NCBI GenBank assembly: GCA_029262635.1
Contig: JAJCZA010000005.1
Span: forward strand, 535,135-599,134
Direction: 5' to 3'
Source of the DNA: Vampirovibrionales bacterium
GTDB lineage: Bacteria; Cyanobacteriota; Vampirovibrionia; Vampirovibrionales; Vampirovibrionaceae
DNA: 64,000 bases
This document shows positions 46,340 to 56,422 of the stretch, one piece after another. A program made the translations under genes and the position numbers. The number at the start of each line of letters is the position of its first letter. The first letter of the stretch is position 1. The notes beneath the pieces were generated by a model. That model was not told the origin of the DNA, did not search any database, and was given only the letters and a program-made list of their open reading frames with translations.

Positions 46340-49300
46340 TTAAGTAACCGGAGCCTCTCGAGGCATTTCGCTCACCGCCCCATGGCACCGCTCACAAATG
46401 TCAGGATGATCAGCGAAAGTCCCAACCGACTCCCGATAATTCCAACAACGCTCACATTTTGAGTAACTAGAAACGCTACATTTTATTGAATATTGCTCAC
46501 CCACTAAACTATTATTTCCATAATGACCAAAATATCCTGACAAATCTAAGTCCTCTTCGAAATTCAGGTTAACTTCTGAACAAAGAAAAAGCATTTCTAA
46601 ATCTGTCTTATTCATATCTATTCTATTGATTGGTTCTAATCCATTCTGAACAACCGCACCAATAGTTGCAACTATTTCTGTAAGTTGCTCAATCTTTTTA
46701 TCAGAAGCAGACGTTAGATTATAGGATATTTCTTTAAATCTTTCCATCGAGCGATTTACATCATATTTCAAAGCTAAAATAGCTTCAAATTGTTCTCGTT
46801 CATCATATTTATAATATTTTTGGTTAAGCTCAGGCCAAGGTGCCATCGTAATACTTACGGGAGGCATATCAAACCCATAATTTGGTTTTTGCTCCTCTTG
46901 AAGATGTGACCAGATGTCTTCGGCCAAGTGAGGGGCGACGGGGACGAGCATGGGGAGCATGGTTGTGAATACTTCGTAGAGGACGGTTTGCATGGCTCGG
47001 CGACGAGGGGCGTTTTCAGGATCGCAGTAGAGGACGTCTTTGGCGACATCAAAATAGAGAGATGACAATTCAGTCACACAAAAGTTCTGGAGGACTTGAT
47101 AGTAGTGATGGAATTGGTAATGATCAAACGCTTCAGTTAATTTGCTCACCACTTCTTGCATGCGGTGCAGGGTGTATTTATCCAGGTCTGAAAGATTCTC
47201 ATACGGTTCCGTATGAGAATCGGGATCAAACCCGGCTAAATTGCCGAGCATAAAGCGCATGGTGTTTCTTACTTTTTTGTAGACTTCCACCAACTGTTTG
47301 ATAATCTCGTCGCCAATACGCACATCCACCGAATAATCCACACTAGCGACCCACAAACGAAGCACGTCGGCGCCGTATTGATTCATGATTTTATTGGGGT
47401 CAATCACGTTGCCCAGGGATTTACTCATTTTGCGCCCGTTGCCATCCAATACAAAGCCATGGGTCAAAACGCTTTTAAACGGTGCTTTCTGATGGAGCAT
47501 CACCGAGGTGAGCAACGATGACTGGAACCAGCCCCGGTGCTGGTCAGAACCTTCCAGATATAGCTCTACGGGTATTTCACCCAATTCGTCTTTTCGGGCT
47601 TCCACCACGGCGGTGTGGGTAATACCACTATCAAACCAGACATCCATGATGTCGGTTTCTTTGGTAAATTCTTTACTTCCACAGGCGCAAGTCGTGTCAT
47701 CGCTTAATAGCTCTGCGGCAGATTTAGCCCACCATGCATCAGAAGATTCTTTGCAGAATAAGTCATATAAATCTTCCGTGGTTTTTTCGTTGATTAGAGG
47801 TTTATCGCAGGCTTTGCAATAGAAAACCGGAATGGGAACGCCCCACACTCGTTGACGACTTATACACCAATCGCCTCGACCTTCCACCATGCTAGCAATC
47901 CGAGCTTCGCCTCGTTCCGGAATCCACTTGGCTTGCTTAATTTCGCCGAGAGCTTCGTTTCGAATTTTATCAATGCTAATAAACCACTGTTCCGTGGCCC
48001 GATAAATCACCGGTTGGTGACAACGCCAACAATGGGGATAACTGTGATCAATCTTGCGATGTCCGAGCAGGGCACCTTTTTCCTTGAGGATCTCAATGAC
48101 GATTTCGTTGCCCTTGCTGTAATGTTGACCGATTAGCCGAGGTTCTTGCGCTTTGTCTGTAAACACGCCCTTAGCATCCACCGGCGACACAATGCCAATG
48201 GGATTGTTTTTTAAGGGGCCATTATCATACTGCTGGCAAATCACATAATCTTCCATCCCGTGGCCGGGCGCCGTATGTACGACCCCGGTACCTGCTTCAA
48301 GAGTTACATGGCGGCCCGTTAAAATAGGAACTACCCGATCATTTATAAACGGATGATGTGCATTGAGAAATTCTAAATCCTTCCCTTTAATCTTTGCCAA
48401 CGTGGGAAATGTTGATTCATTCAAGGGCTTGATCATTGACATCATAGCAGCCTGAATATTAAGTAGTTTCATTCCCTTATTTGGAGCCTCATTTGACGCT
48501 GTAACCTTTCCAGAGGCACCTTCCAAGGTGGGTTCCAATTGTTTGCCGATTTTAGCAAGCTCTTTTACCAAACATTCAATAACCTGTTCCTTAAGTTCCG
48601 AAGCAACAAGATACTTTTGCCCTGATATTTTTTCTTCAAAAACTTCATACTCATATTCGGGATGCACCGATAATGCTAAGTTGGCCGGAATGGTCCAGGG
48701 GGTGGTGGTCCAGATGACCACGGACGCATCTTTCAGCATCTCCTGACCGGGTTTGAGCGAGCTGTTATCAATGGCAAACTTCACATAAATGCTATCGCTT
48801 GTATGGTTATCGTATTCGACTTCGGCATCGGCTAGGGCGGTTTCGCAGTGGGAACACCAGTAGACGGGTTTTAGGCCTTTGTAGACGTAATCTTTTTTGT
48901 GCATTTCGTAGAAGGCTTTAATTTGAGTGGCTTCAAATTTAGGATCCGTGGTGATGTAGGGGTGTTCCCAATCGCCCCAGACGCCGAGGCGTTTAAAATT
49001 GGTTTCTTGTCCTTTGAGGTTTTTCGCCCCGAAGTCTCGACATTTTTGGCGCAGTTCCACGTCAGAAATGGCCTTTCGTCCGCCTTTAATACTTTTGACC
49101 ACCGCATTTTCAATGGGCAGGCCATGGCCATCATATCCGGGAACGTAAGGCGCATAATGCCCTCGTTGATATTGATAGCGGGTGACAATATCCTTGAGAA
49201 TTTTATTTAAAGCCGTTCCAATGTGGATTTTATCCGAACTCAGGTACGGCGGGCCATCATGGAGAATAAATTTTTCGGCACCACTCGCTTTTCGTTGTTC

Positions 49301-49459
49301 TTGCGCTTTAAAATAAATCTGCTGATCGTCCCAAAACTGCTCAATTTCTGGCTCTCGTGTGGCGGCGCCGGCCTTCATTTTAAAGGTCGTCTCAGGCAAG
49401 AGTAGGGTCTCTTTGTAGTTGATTTTAGAATTTTCAGAAGTGTTTTCAGCAGAAGTCAT
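46340..49459 (-). CDS. ileS: isoleucyl-tRNA synthetase, type 1
   Basis: LHDGPPY, HIGT (HIGH variant), WTTTPWT, GTGVVHTAPGHG, WCISRQR.WG, EGSDQHRGWF, KMSKS, C-terminal CERCW/CERC Zn finger. Confidence 0.97.
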   Translation of the reverse strand: MTSAENTSENSKINYKETLLLPETTFKMKAGAATREPEIEQFWDDQQIYFKAQEQRKASGAEKFILHDGPPYLSSDKIHIGTALNKILKDIVTRYQYQRGHYAPYVPGYDGHGLPIENAVVKSIKGGRKAISDVELRQKCRDFGAKNLKGQETNFKRLGVWGDWEHPYITTDPKFEATQIKAFYEMHKKDYVYKGLKPVYWCSHCETALADAEVEYDNHTSDSIYVKFAIDNSSLKPGQEMLKDASVVIWTTTPWTIPANLALSVHPEYEYEVFEEKISGQKYLVASELKEQVIECLVKELAKIGKQLEPTLEGASGKVTASNEAPNKGMKLLNIQAAMMSMIKPLNESTFPTLAKIKGKDLEFLNAHHPFINDRVVPILTGRHVTLEAGTGVVHTAPGHGMEDYVICQQYDNGPLKNNPIGIVSPVDAKGVFTDKAQEPRLIGQHYSKGNEIVIEILKEKGALLGHRKIDHSYPHCWRCHQPVIYRATEQWFISIDKIRNEALGEIKQAKWIPERGEARIASMVEGRGDWCISRQRVWGVPIPVFYCKACDKPLINEKTTEDLYDLFCKESSDAWWAKSAAELLSDDTTCACGSKEFTKETDIMDVWFDSGITHTAVVEARKDELGEIPVELYLEGSDQHRGWFQSSLLTSVMLHQKAPFKSVLTHGFVLDGNGRKMSKSLGNVIDPNKIMNQYGADVLRLWVASVDYSVDVRIGDEIIKQLVEVYKKVRNTMRFMLGNLAGFDPDSHTEPYENLSDLDKYTLHRMQEVVSKLTEAFDHYQFHHYYQVLQNFCVTELSSLYFDVAKDVLYCDPENAPRRRAMQTVLYEVFTTMLPMLVPVAPHLAEDIWSHLQEEQKPNYGFDMPPVSITMAPWPELNQKYYKYDEREQFEAILALKYDVNRSMERFKEISYNLTSASDKKIEQLTEIVATIGAVVQNGLEPINRIDMNKTDLEMLFLCSEVNLNFEEDLDLSGYFGHYGNNSLVGEQYSIKCSVSSYSKCERCWNYRESVGTFADHPDICERCHGAVSEMPREAPVT

Positions 49460-49538
49460 CGTAATTCCTGACGTATTTAATAACAAGGCAACATGGCCTC
49501 ATAGTCTACCAGAAAAGCGGTTATGATTTAAGTTTTGG

Positions 49539-51476
49539 TTAGGAAACTGACGAATGATCCAACGTCGTTAAAGCTGAACTGCTCGCATCCATCAGACGTT
49601 TACCCACGTCGTCAAAGGTGATATTCAGGGTCACTCGGTCTTCACCCGGAATCACTTTTGCGACGACGCCTTCGCCATATTTCTCGTGAGAGACTCGATC
49701 GCCGGCTTGATAGCCTGCTTTTTCTATCAAATCCTGACTTTCTGGGTCCATGGTTGATAAAATTGGGATCGGCTCGGAAGCCCTGTTTTGGAGCTTAGGG
49801 GTTGTCGCAACGCTGGCATCCACATGGGTATCGTCGCTACCGATGGCTGTGCTAGAGGTCACTTCCGAATCAAAGTCAAAATCGAACTCATCGTCCATAT
49901 CGGATACCGTTGACGTTTGGTCGTCAAGAGACGACGGGAAGAGTTCATCCAGTGCCGCTTCCTGATCGGCGTCCAGTACCGGAGGTGTGTCATCAGTCGG
50001 TTCAAGTGGAGGGGCTATATCGGGATGGCGATCAGGAAGCGGTTCGTCCAGCCGGGTATCAAAATCAAAATCCAGATCGTCATCTTCTTCTATGTCCGCT
50101 TTTGCTTCTGCTTCCACCTCTTCTGGCAACGAGTCGGTTGATGCTTCTGTTAATAAAGATTCTGCCGATTGTAAGGTTAGATTAGACGCTTCTAAAACAA
50201 GAGTCTCCGCTTTTTGTTCGGTGTTAGCAGTTGTAGTCTCTGGAAACGGTGTAAAGCACTCCTCGGCCTCGTCAGTATCTCCATCTATTAGCGAAGCTGA
50301 TTCCGCTTCCAGCTGCTCTATTTCATCCAGTTCATCTCCATCAAGCCCTTTGAGAGTGGCTTTCATTGGCAAGCCCAGGGTCATTTCGCCGCAAAGGTGT
50401 ACATGAACCTCATCACCGCCCAATTCGTATTCCGCTTCAAAATAGTGAGCAACAGCGTCTGTATAAGTTGCTTCCGACTGACGAGACGATAACACGAGCA
50501 CGTTGTATTCTGCTTCATCCCACTTTTGAATGTAGTGGGGTAAGTTATCCAAATAATTTTCGGGATAAACCAAGACCGGAATCAGGCCGTGTTCTTTATG
50601 ACGGATCAACTCATGGCACACATAATCGTAAAAAACGCCTCGCCATGGGTTTTCAATACCTGATAAGTCCAGCACATTCATTTGATCGGATACCGTGGCG
50701 TCCATGGCAAAAACCTTTTCTGGACTGGTAGCAAAGACTTGTTGTGCATGCATGGTATGGAGCACGTGAATCAGGGCACCTTTGGCGGGACACTCATCGT
50801 AAAGTTGGGTGTTGAGAAAATACTTGAAAGGGATAAAATCCAGTGTTAAGGGCAATGCGCGGGATAAAAGTGCCAGTCCCTCGTCTTGGAACGCTTCAGG
50901 CAGGGCTTCACCCACTTTAGATAAAAACGTGGCAACCCCAATGCCTTGTAAAGAAAGTTGGACTTCTTGTCCGGCCGTCATGACATGATAACCTTCCGCA
51001 AAGGCAAACAATCCTAAGGGATCCATGACCAATAACCGTTGATCCACCTGAAGCCCGTCCATGATTTCTACCAGGGCCTGGTGTTTGGCTTCTAGTGAAT
51101 CACCACTAACGACACTTAATGTTCCGAGTCTTTTTAGGTCGCCCATAAAGGAGCCCCCAAGAAACAAAGGTGAGCGTACATGCCCTAACAGTGTTTGGAG
51201 TTCACCCCCCAATTCTGTGGCATTTAAAAGGGTTGCCTGAGAAAACCCCATGCCCGGTTCCCCGAAAAGAACCGTCATTGAAGCCAGGCACTCAGCGTTT
51301 GTCGTTAAGTGGTCTACCGAGCTCAACGTTTGTAGAGAGGTCACTTCGGTATAGACGGGGGCATCGCCCTCCAGTCTTAATAATTGTCCCACAACCAGTG
51401 GTGTTGAGGCATCAATAAACGCTTCGATCTCGGAGGAGGTAACACGTTTTGGACGAATGGAAAGGGGCACAGCCAC
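49539..51476 (-). CDS. degenerate HerA/FtsK-like ATPase domain + acidic linker + PcrA/UvrD-type C-terminal Tudor domain
   Basis: DLKRLGTLSVVSGDSLEAKH...LLVMDPLG, then a D/E-rich linker, then GDRVSHEKYGEGVV...ITFDDVGKRLM. Start may be GTG 51470. Confidence 0.7.
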   Translation of the reverse strand: MAVPLSIRPKRVTSSEIEAFIDASTPLVVGQLLRLEGDAPVYTEVTSLQTLSSVDHLTTNAECLASMTVLFGEPGMGFSQATLLNATELGGELQTLLGHVRSPLFLGGSFMGDLKRLGTLSVVSGDSLEAKHQALVEIMDGLQVDQRLLVMDPLGLFAFAEGYHVMTAGQEVQLSLQGIGVATFLSKVGEALPEAFQDEGLALLSRALPLTLDFIPFKYFLNTQLYDECPAKGALIHVLHTMHAQQVFATSPEKVFAMDATVSDQMNVLDLSGIENPWRGVFYDYVCHELIRHKEHGLIPVLVYPENYLDNLPHYIQKWDEAEYNVLVLSSRQSEATYTDAVAHYFEAEYELGGDEVHVHLCGEMTLGLPMKATLKGLDGDELDEIEQLEAESASLIDGDTDEAEECFTPFPETTTANTEQKAETLVLEASNLTLQSAESLLTEASTDSLPEEVEAEAKADIEEDDDLDFDFDTRLDEPLPDRHPDIAPPLEPTDDTPPVLDADQEAALDELFPSSLDDQTSTVSDMDDEFDFDFDSEVTSSTAIGSDDTHVDASVATTPKLQNRASEPIPILSTMDPESQDLIEKAGYQAGDRVSHEKYGEGVVAKVIPGEDRVTLNITFDDVGKRLMDASSSALTTLDHSSVS

Positions 51477-51660
51477 AACTCCTTTTTATTCTGTCAATAG
51501 CAATAGAAAACGGACAGGGTATCGTCTCATGTCCGTTTCCTCTTGTTCTATTCTATCCTCAAAAACGCATTGAATTAACCCTTTCATTGGTTTCACTTAC
51601 AATAGGCAACATAATCCGATATAATGCAACGGATACAACCGTTGCAGAAAGTCCATTTCC

Positions 51661-52917
51661 ATGAGCTCATCGCCTAACCTACTGGATATACTGGCCGATC
51701 AAAATCGGAAATCCCCGTTGGCCGATCGCCTGCGCCCCAAAACGCTGGACGATTATTTGGGACAAGACAGCGTTGTCGGAGAAAATACGCCGCTTCGCAA
51801 CTTAATTCTGGCTAAAGAATTGACCTCCCTTATTTTCTGGGGGCCGCCGGGGGTGGGTAAAACCACGCTGGCTCGCATTATCGCCAATAACTCCAATGCC
51901 CGTTTTATTGAGCTTAGTGCCGTTAATTCCGGTATTAAGGAACTCCGACAGGCTGTTACCGATGCGGAAGAGACACTTCGAAGCTCTGGCAGCCAAACTG
52001 TGGTTTTTATTGATGAGATTCACCGATACAGTAAAACCCAACAAGACGCGATTCTACCTTACGTGGAAAACGGCACCATCGTCCTGATGGGTGCCACCAC
52101 CGAGAACCCTTCTTTTCAAGTGGTCTCTGCCTTGTTATCCCGAGTGTTAATTGTGCGCCTTGGTTATCTAGAACGGGAGCAAATGAAAGCACTGGTCAAA
52201 CGAGGCATGGATCACCTTGGCTCGTTAACACTTTCCGAAGAAGCGGCTGGCTTTATTGTGGATTATGCTAACGGTGACGGACGAAGTGCTTTAGGTTTAT
52301 TAGAAAATGCCGCTAAATGCGCTCCCAAAAAGGAGGGTCAGCGTACCGTAGACCTACCCCTTTTGGAGCAACTCGCTCAGCAAAACCGCCTGAATTATGA
52401 TCGCCATGGCGATGAACATTACGACCATGCCTCCGCCTTCCAGAAGAGTCTTCGGGGCAGTGACCCGGACGCGGCTTTATATTGGCTTGCTAAAATGATT
52501 GCCGGTGGTGAGGACCCCCGGTTTATTGCCCGCCGACTTATTGTCACAGCCTCGGAAGACGTGGGCCTTGCCCGACCGACCGCTTTATTATTAGCTAACG
52601 CCGCTGCCGACTCGGTTGAACGTATTGGACTACCGGAAGGGCGCATCCCTTTGGCCATGGCTACCGCTTACATTGCCCGGGCCCCAAAATCGAATCATGC
52701 TTACCGAGCCGTTGATGCGGCCTTGTATGATATTCAGCATGGGGGTAAAAATTATCCGGTTCCTGCCCATCTGCGAGATGCTCATTACGCCGCCGCCAAG
52801 GAAAAATATGGTCATGGTGCGGATTATGTTTACACTCACGCCAACCCGGAAGCCTCCCAAACCTTTTTGCCTGATGAACTCATCGGCACCCGTTACCTTG
52901 ACCCGGAGACGCCTTGA
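51661..52917 (+). CDS. rarA: replication-associated recombination protein A
   Basis: PLADRLRP, WGPPGVGKTT, FIDEIHR, GATTENPSF, ALLSR, SAFQKS.RGSD.DAA, ASEDVG, KSN. Confidence 0.95.
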   Translation: MSSSPNLLDILADQNRKSPLADRLRPKTLDDYLGQDSVVGENTPLRNLILAKELTSLIFWGPPGVGKTTLARIIANNSNARFIELSAVNSGIKELRQAVTDAEETLRSSGSQTVVFIDEIHRYSKTQQDAILPYVENGTIVLMGATTENPSFQVVSALLSRVLIVRLGYLEREQMKALVKRGMDHLGSLTLSEEAAGFIVDYANGDGRSALGLLENAAKCAPKKEGQRTVDLPLLEQLAQQNRLNYDRHGDEHYDHASAFQKSLRGSDPDAALYWLAKMIAGGEDPRFIARRLIVTASEDVGLARPTALLLANAAADSVERIGLPEGRIPLAMATAYIARAPKSNHAYRAVDAALYDIQHGGKNYPVPAHLRDAHYAAAKEKYGHGADYVYTHANPEASQTFLPDELIGTRYLDPETP

Positions 52918-52924
52918 ATAGAGT

Positions 52925-53512
52925 ATGCATAACTTTCCTCGAAACGTTCCGATTATTCTAGCTTCCGGCTCCCCTCGACGGCAAGAGCTTTTGACCTCTA
53001 TTGGTGTTGAGTTTAGTATCATCAAACCTGATGTGGATGAGGAAGGTTTCGATGTGGCCCATCTGACGCCTTATCAGCTGGTTGAATTCCTGGCAGAGAA
53101 AAAGGCCGGGTCTGTTGCTAATAGCCACCCCCAAGCATTTGTTATTGGCTCAGACACGGTGGTCAGCTTAGAAAACCAGGTTTTGGGCAAGCCTCACGAT
53201 GAAGCTGAGGCTTTTACCATGCTCAGGCAACTTCAGGGTAATTGCCATCATGTTATTTCTGGTATTTCAGTCTGCTACAACGGACAATGCATCTCAAGTC
53301 ATGCCGTGACAGAAGTTACAATGGATCCCATGAACGATGAGCTTATTCGGCAATACATTGCCACGGGAGAACCCATGGATAAAGCGGGTGCTTACGCGAT
53401 TCAGGGGTACACAAGTCTATTTATCCCTCGGATTAACGGATGTTACTTTAACGTGGTGGGCATGTCCTTGAACCTTTTGAATCGACTGGTTCGACAAGTT
53501 AAAATCGCTTAA
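52925..53512 (+). CDS. maf: Maf nucleotide pyrophosphatase (YhdE type)
   Basis: ILASGSPRR, GSDTVV, LGKP, GEPMDKAGAYAIQG, NVVG. Confidence 0.93.
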   Translation: MHNFPRNVPIILASGSPRRQELLTSIGVEFSIIKPDVDEEGFDVAHLTPYQLVEFLAEKKAGSVANSHPQAFVIGSDTVVSLENQVLGKPHDEAEAFTMLRQLQGNCHHVISGISVCYNGQCISSHAVTEVTMDPMNDELIRQYIATGEPMDKAGAYAIQGYTSLFIPRINGCYFNVVGMSLNLLNRLVRQVKIA

Positions 53513-53527
53513 TATTGCTAGCTTAAG

Positions 53528-54070
53528 TTAATTTGGCTGCCAAAGTCCCTGTTGAGCCATTCGTGCTTGTGTTTCAATTCTCTCGAAACGTTTCTGAAAC
53601 CGTTTATTGGGATGAATAAACAGGGTGGTTACCAACCCTTGTTCTAGTAGTTGTTCATTAATGGATTGTGGTGCATCGGGTTGTTCGTAGATAAATGCCA
53701 GAGTCCGTCCAAAGGGGTCCTGTTTTTCCTGATCGAACATTAAATAGACCTTTTTTTTGAGGAGTTTATTTTGCACAAACGTTCTGGCCTCAACCGAAAA
53801 AGGTTCGTCTCGACCTTCCATGTCGGGATTATTGCGCCGCCTTCTTGAATAACGGGTTTCCGGTGCGTCGATGCCTAAAAACCGGATGTATTCCCGAGGT
53901 TTTTCAATTTGGGCATTGCCATTCAAATCACAGGCGATGGTATCCCCATCAAACACCTTTAATACATGGCAGGGTATCCGTTCACTTTCAGTCGATACTG
54001 GCGGTTTTTGAGTATAACCGGAGTCGCAGGCGGTAAAAGTAATTATAGCGGCTAATACGAAGAGTCCCAT
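53528..54070 (-). CDS. thermonuclease (SNase) family lipoprotein
   Basis: Lipobox-like FTAC, DGDT, IRFLGIDAPET, D.FGRTLA, INEQLL.QG, A..AQQGLW. Confidence 0.85.
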   Translation of the reverse strand: MGLFVLAAIITFTACDSGYTQKPPVSTESERIPCHVLKVFDGDTIACDLNGNAQIEKPREYIRFLGIDAPETRYSRRRRNNPDMEGRDEPFSVEARTFVQNKLLKKKVYLMFDQEKQDPFGRTLAFIYEQPDAPQSINEQLLEQGLVTTLFIHPNKRFQKRFERIETQARMAQQGLWQPN

Positions 54071-54098
54071 TAAAGTCGGGCTCGGCCTAAAAGAAAGG

Positions 54099-54995
54099 CT
54101 AATCGTAAACAAAGAAACCGCGTCCCGATTTTCGTCCCAGATAACCGGCGTCCACATATTGTTTTAGCAACGGACATGGGCGGAACCGGGCGTCGTTAAA
54201 TCCTTCGTAAAGCACGTTAATCACTGACAGGCATGTATCCAGCCCAATAAAATCAGCCAGTGTTAACGGACCCATGGGGTGGTTCATGCCGAGCTTCATC
54301 ACCGTATCAATATCTTCTGGCGAGCCGATACCCTCGTATACGGCGAACATGGCTTCATTTAATAGAGGCATTAAAATACGGTTCGAGATGAATCCTGGAA
54401 AATCCCGAGCCACGACCGTGGTTTTGCCCATGTTTTGCGACAAGGCGTTAATGGTTTGATAGGTCGTGTCCGAAGTTTGGGCTCCACGGATAATCTCCAC
54501 CAGTTTCATTAGTGGTACCGGATTCATGAAATGCATGCCAATCACTTGAGAGGGCCGTTTTGTGGCCGCCGCTAAACGGGTAATAGAAATACTGGAGGTG
54601 TTACTGGCCAGAATGGCCTCTGGCTTAAGTAAGGCATCCAGCTTTTTAAACACGTCTATTTTCACGGCCTCGCTCTCCACAATGGCCTCGACTACTACGT
54701 CTGCGTTATTTAGGGCATTAAAATCCTGCTCAAAATGAATATGAGCTAAGGCTTTTTCTTTATCGGAAGCCGTGATTTTTTCTTTTTCTACAAACTTGGC
54801 TAAACTTTTCTCAATGGTCTTTTCCGCTCGGCCTAAAGCGTCGGCGGACATATCATGGATGATTACATTTAGACCGGCAGATGCCGCCGCTACCTGGGCA
54901 ATGCCATTTCCCATCTGACCACCGCCAATAACACCAATGGTTTTAATGTCTTGTACCGAAAGCACGTTGGTTTCCGATAAAACTGCGTTGCTCAT
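54099..54995 (-). CDS. hbd: 3-hydroxybutyryl-CoA dehydrogenase
   Basis: GGGQMGNGIAQ, ASNTSSISIT, GMHFMNPVPLM, PGFISNRIL, HPMGPLTLADFIGLD. Confidence 0.9.
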   Translation of the reverse strand: MSNAVLSETNVLSVQDIKTIGVIGGGQMGNGIAQVAAASAGLNVIIHDMSADALGRAEKTIEKSLAKFVEKEKITASDKEKALAHIHFEQDFNALNNADVVVEAIVESEAVKIDVFKKLDALLKPEAILASNTSSISITRLAAATKRPSQVIGMHFMNPVPLMKLVEIIRGAQTSDTTYQTINALSQNMGKTTVVARDFPGFISNRILMPLLNEAMFAVYEGIGSPEDIDTVMKLGMNHPMGPLTLADFIGLDTCLSVINVLYEGFNDARFRPCPLLKQYVDAGYLGRKSGRGFFVYD

Positions 54996-55051
54996 CTATT
55001 CAGCCCTCTTTTAATTATTGCCTAATTTTCTGCGAGTCCTGTTTATAAGGT

Positions 55052-56233
55052 TTAAACCATTTCAACCACCACCGCTACGGCCTCACCACCGCCAATACAC
55101 AGGGTAACCACCCCCCGTTTCTTGTTTTGGTCCTTTAAGGCATGAAGCAGGGTTACCAGCAATCGATTGCCCGACGCACCAATGGGGTGACCCAAGGCAA
55201 CGGCGCCCCCTCGGACATTCACTTTCTCAAGCGGGATATCTAAATCTGCCATGGCGGCCATGGTGACCACAGAAAATGCTTCGTTAATCTCAAAGAGGTC
55301 AATATCGGAGACCGTCAAGCTCAGCTTCGCCAATATTTTTTTGATGGCACCCACCGGGGCGGTGGTAAACCATTCGGGGTCTTGGCTGAACGTGGCCGAA
55401 CCCAGGATTTTCGCCATGGGCTTTAACCCATGAGCTTCAATGGCTTTTCCTGAAGCAACGAGAACGGTTGAAGCTCCATCGTTAATGGTTGAGGCGTTCC
55501 CGGCTGTAATAGTACCTTCCTTGGCAAACGCTGCACGTAACTTACCCAGTTTATCAGGGTCGCCTTTGAACGGCTCTTCATCAGTATCCACAATAATCGG
55601 GTCTTTCCGTCGTTGCGGCACTTCCACTGGCACAATCTCCGCTTTAAACGCACCAGACTCGATGGCTTTACGGGCACGCTCATAACTGGTTTTAGCAAAA
55701 TCGTCCTGAGCTTCTCGAGTGAAGTGGTATTTTTCAGCGCACATCTCACCCGCGTTTCCCATATGGAAATCGTGATAGGGATCCCATAGGCCGTCCAGAA
55801 TCATGCTGTCTTTAATTTCTCGGTGCCCCATTCGGTAGCCGTTGCGTGCATCCATCAAGTAATGAGGACTTTGGCTCATGGACTCCATACCGCCCGCAAT
55901 CACCAAGTCCGCCTCGCCAGCTTTGATCTCTGCGGCGGCCATCATCACGGTTTTAAGGCCCGAACCGCATACTTTATTCACGGTTACCGCACCGGTGGAT
56001 GTGGGGATGCCTGCCTTAATCATGGCTTGTCGTGCAGGAGCTTGTCCCTGGCCTGCGGGTAGTACGCAACCCATTAATACTTCATCAACCTCTCCCGGCG
56101 AAACACCGGCGCGTTCTAAAACCGCTTTAATAACAACGCTACCCAAGACCGGAGCAGGCACACTGGACAACGACCCTAGAAAGCTACCCATTGCTGTTCG
56201 GGCACCACTGATAATGTATACATCGTTACTCAA
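55052..56233 (-). CDS. atoB: acetyl-CoA acetyltransferase (thiolase, AtoB type)
   Basis: GQAPARQA, NKVCGSG, GGMESMS, DGLWD, NEAF, GHPIGASG, LCIGGG. Confidence 0.9.
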   Translation of the reverse strand: MSNDVYIISGARTAMGSFLGSLSSVPAPVLGSVVIKAVLERAGVSPGEVDEVLMGCVLPAGQGQAPARQAMIKAGIPTSTGAVTVNKVCGSGLKTVMMAAAEIKAGEADLVIAGGMESMSQSPHYLMDARNGYRMGHREIKDSMILDGLWDPYHDFHMGNAGEMCAEKYHFTREAQDDFAKTSYERARKAIESGAFKAEIVPVEVPQRRKDPIIVDTDEEPFKGDPDKLGKLRAAFAKEGTITAGNASTINDGASTVLVASGKAIEAHGLKPMAKILGSATFSQDPEWFTTAPVGAIKKILAKLSLTVSDIDLFEINEAFSVVTMAAMADLDIPLEKVNVRGGAVALGHPIGASGNRLLVTLLHALKDQNKKRGVVTLCIGGGEAVAVVVEMV

Positions 56234-56422
56234 TCTGCTTACCCCTATATTAATTTGTCTTTAATTATAACCAAAAAGCCTGATATAAAAACTTCTCGAC
56301 TCTATCATTTCGATTAGTCTACTCCAAACCGATACGCCGCTATATTCGAATGCTCATACAAAACGCTTCCGGTTTAATTTTTCTATGAATCGAGCTATAT
56401 TGCTGTGGATGGGTAATATGAT

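Noticed and set aside
48340-48655. Intein or intron in ileS
   Set aside because: Too short, no C/S...HN-C/S/T splice junction, and the frame is uninterrupted.
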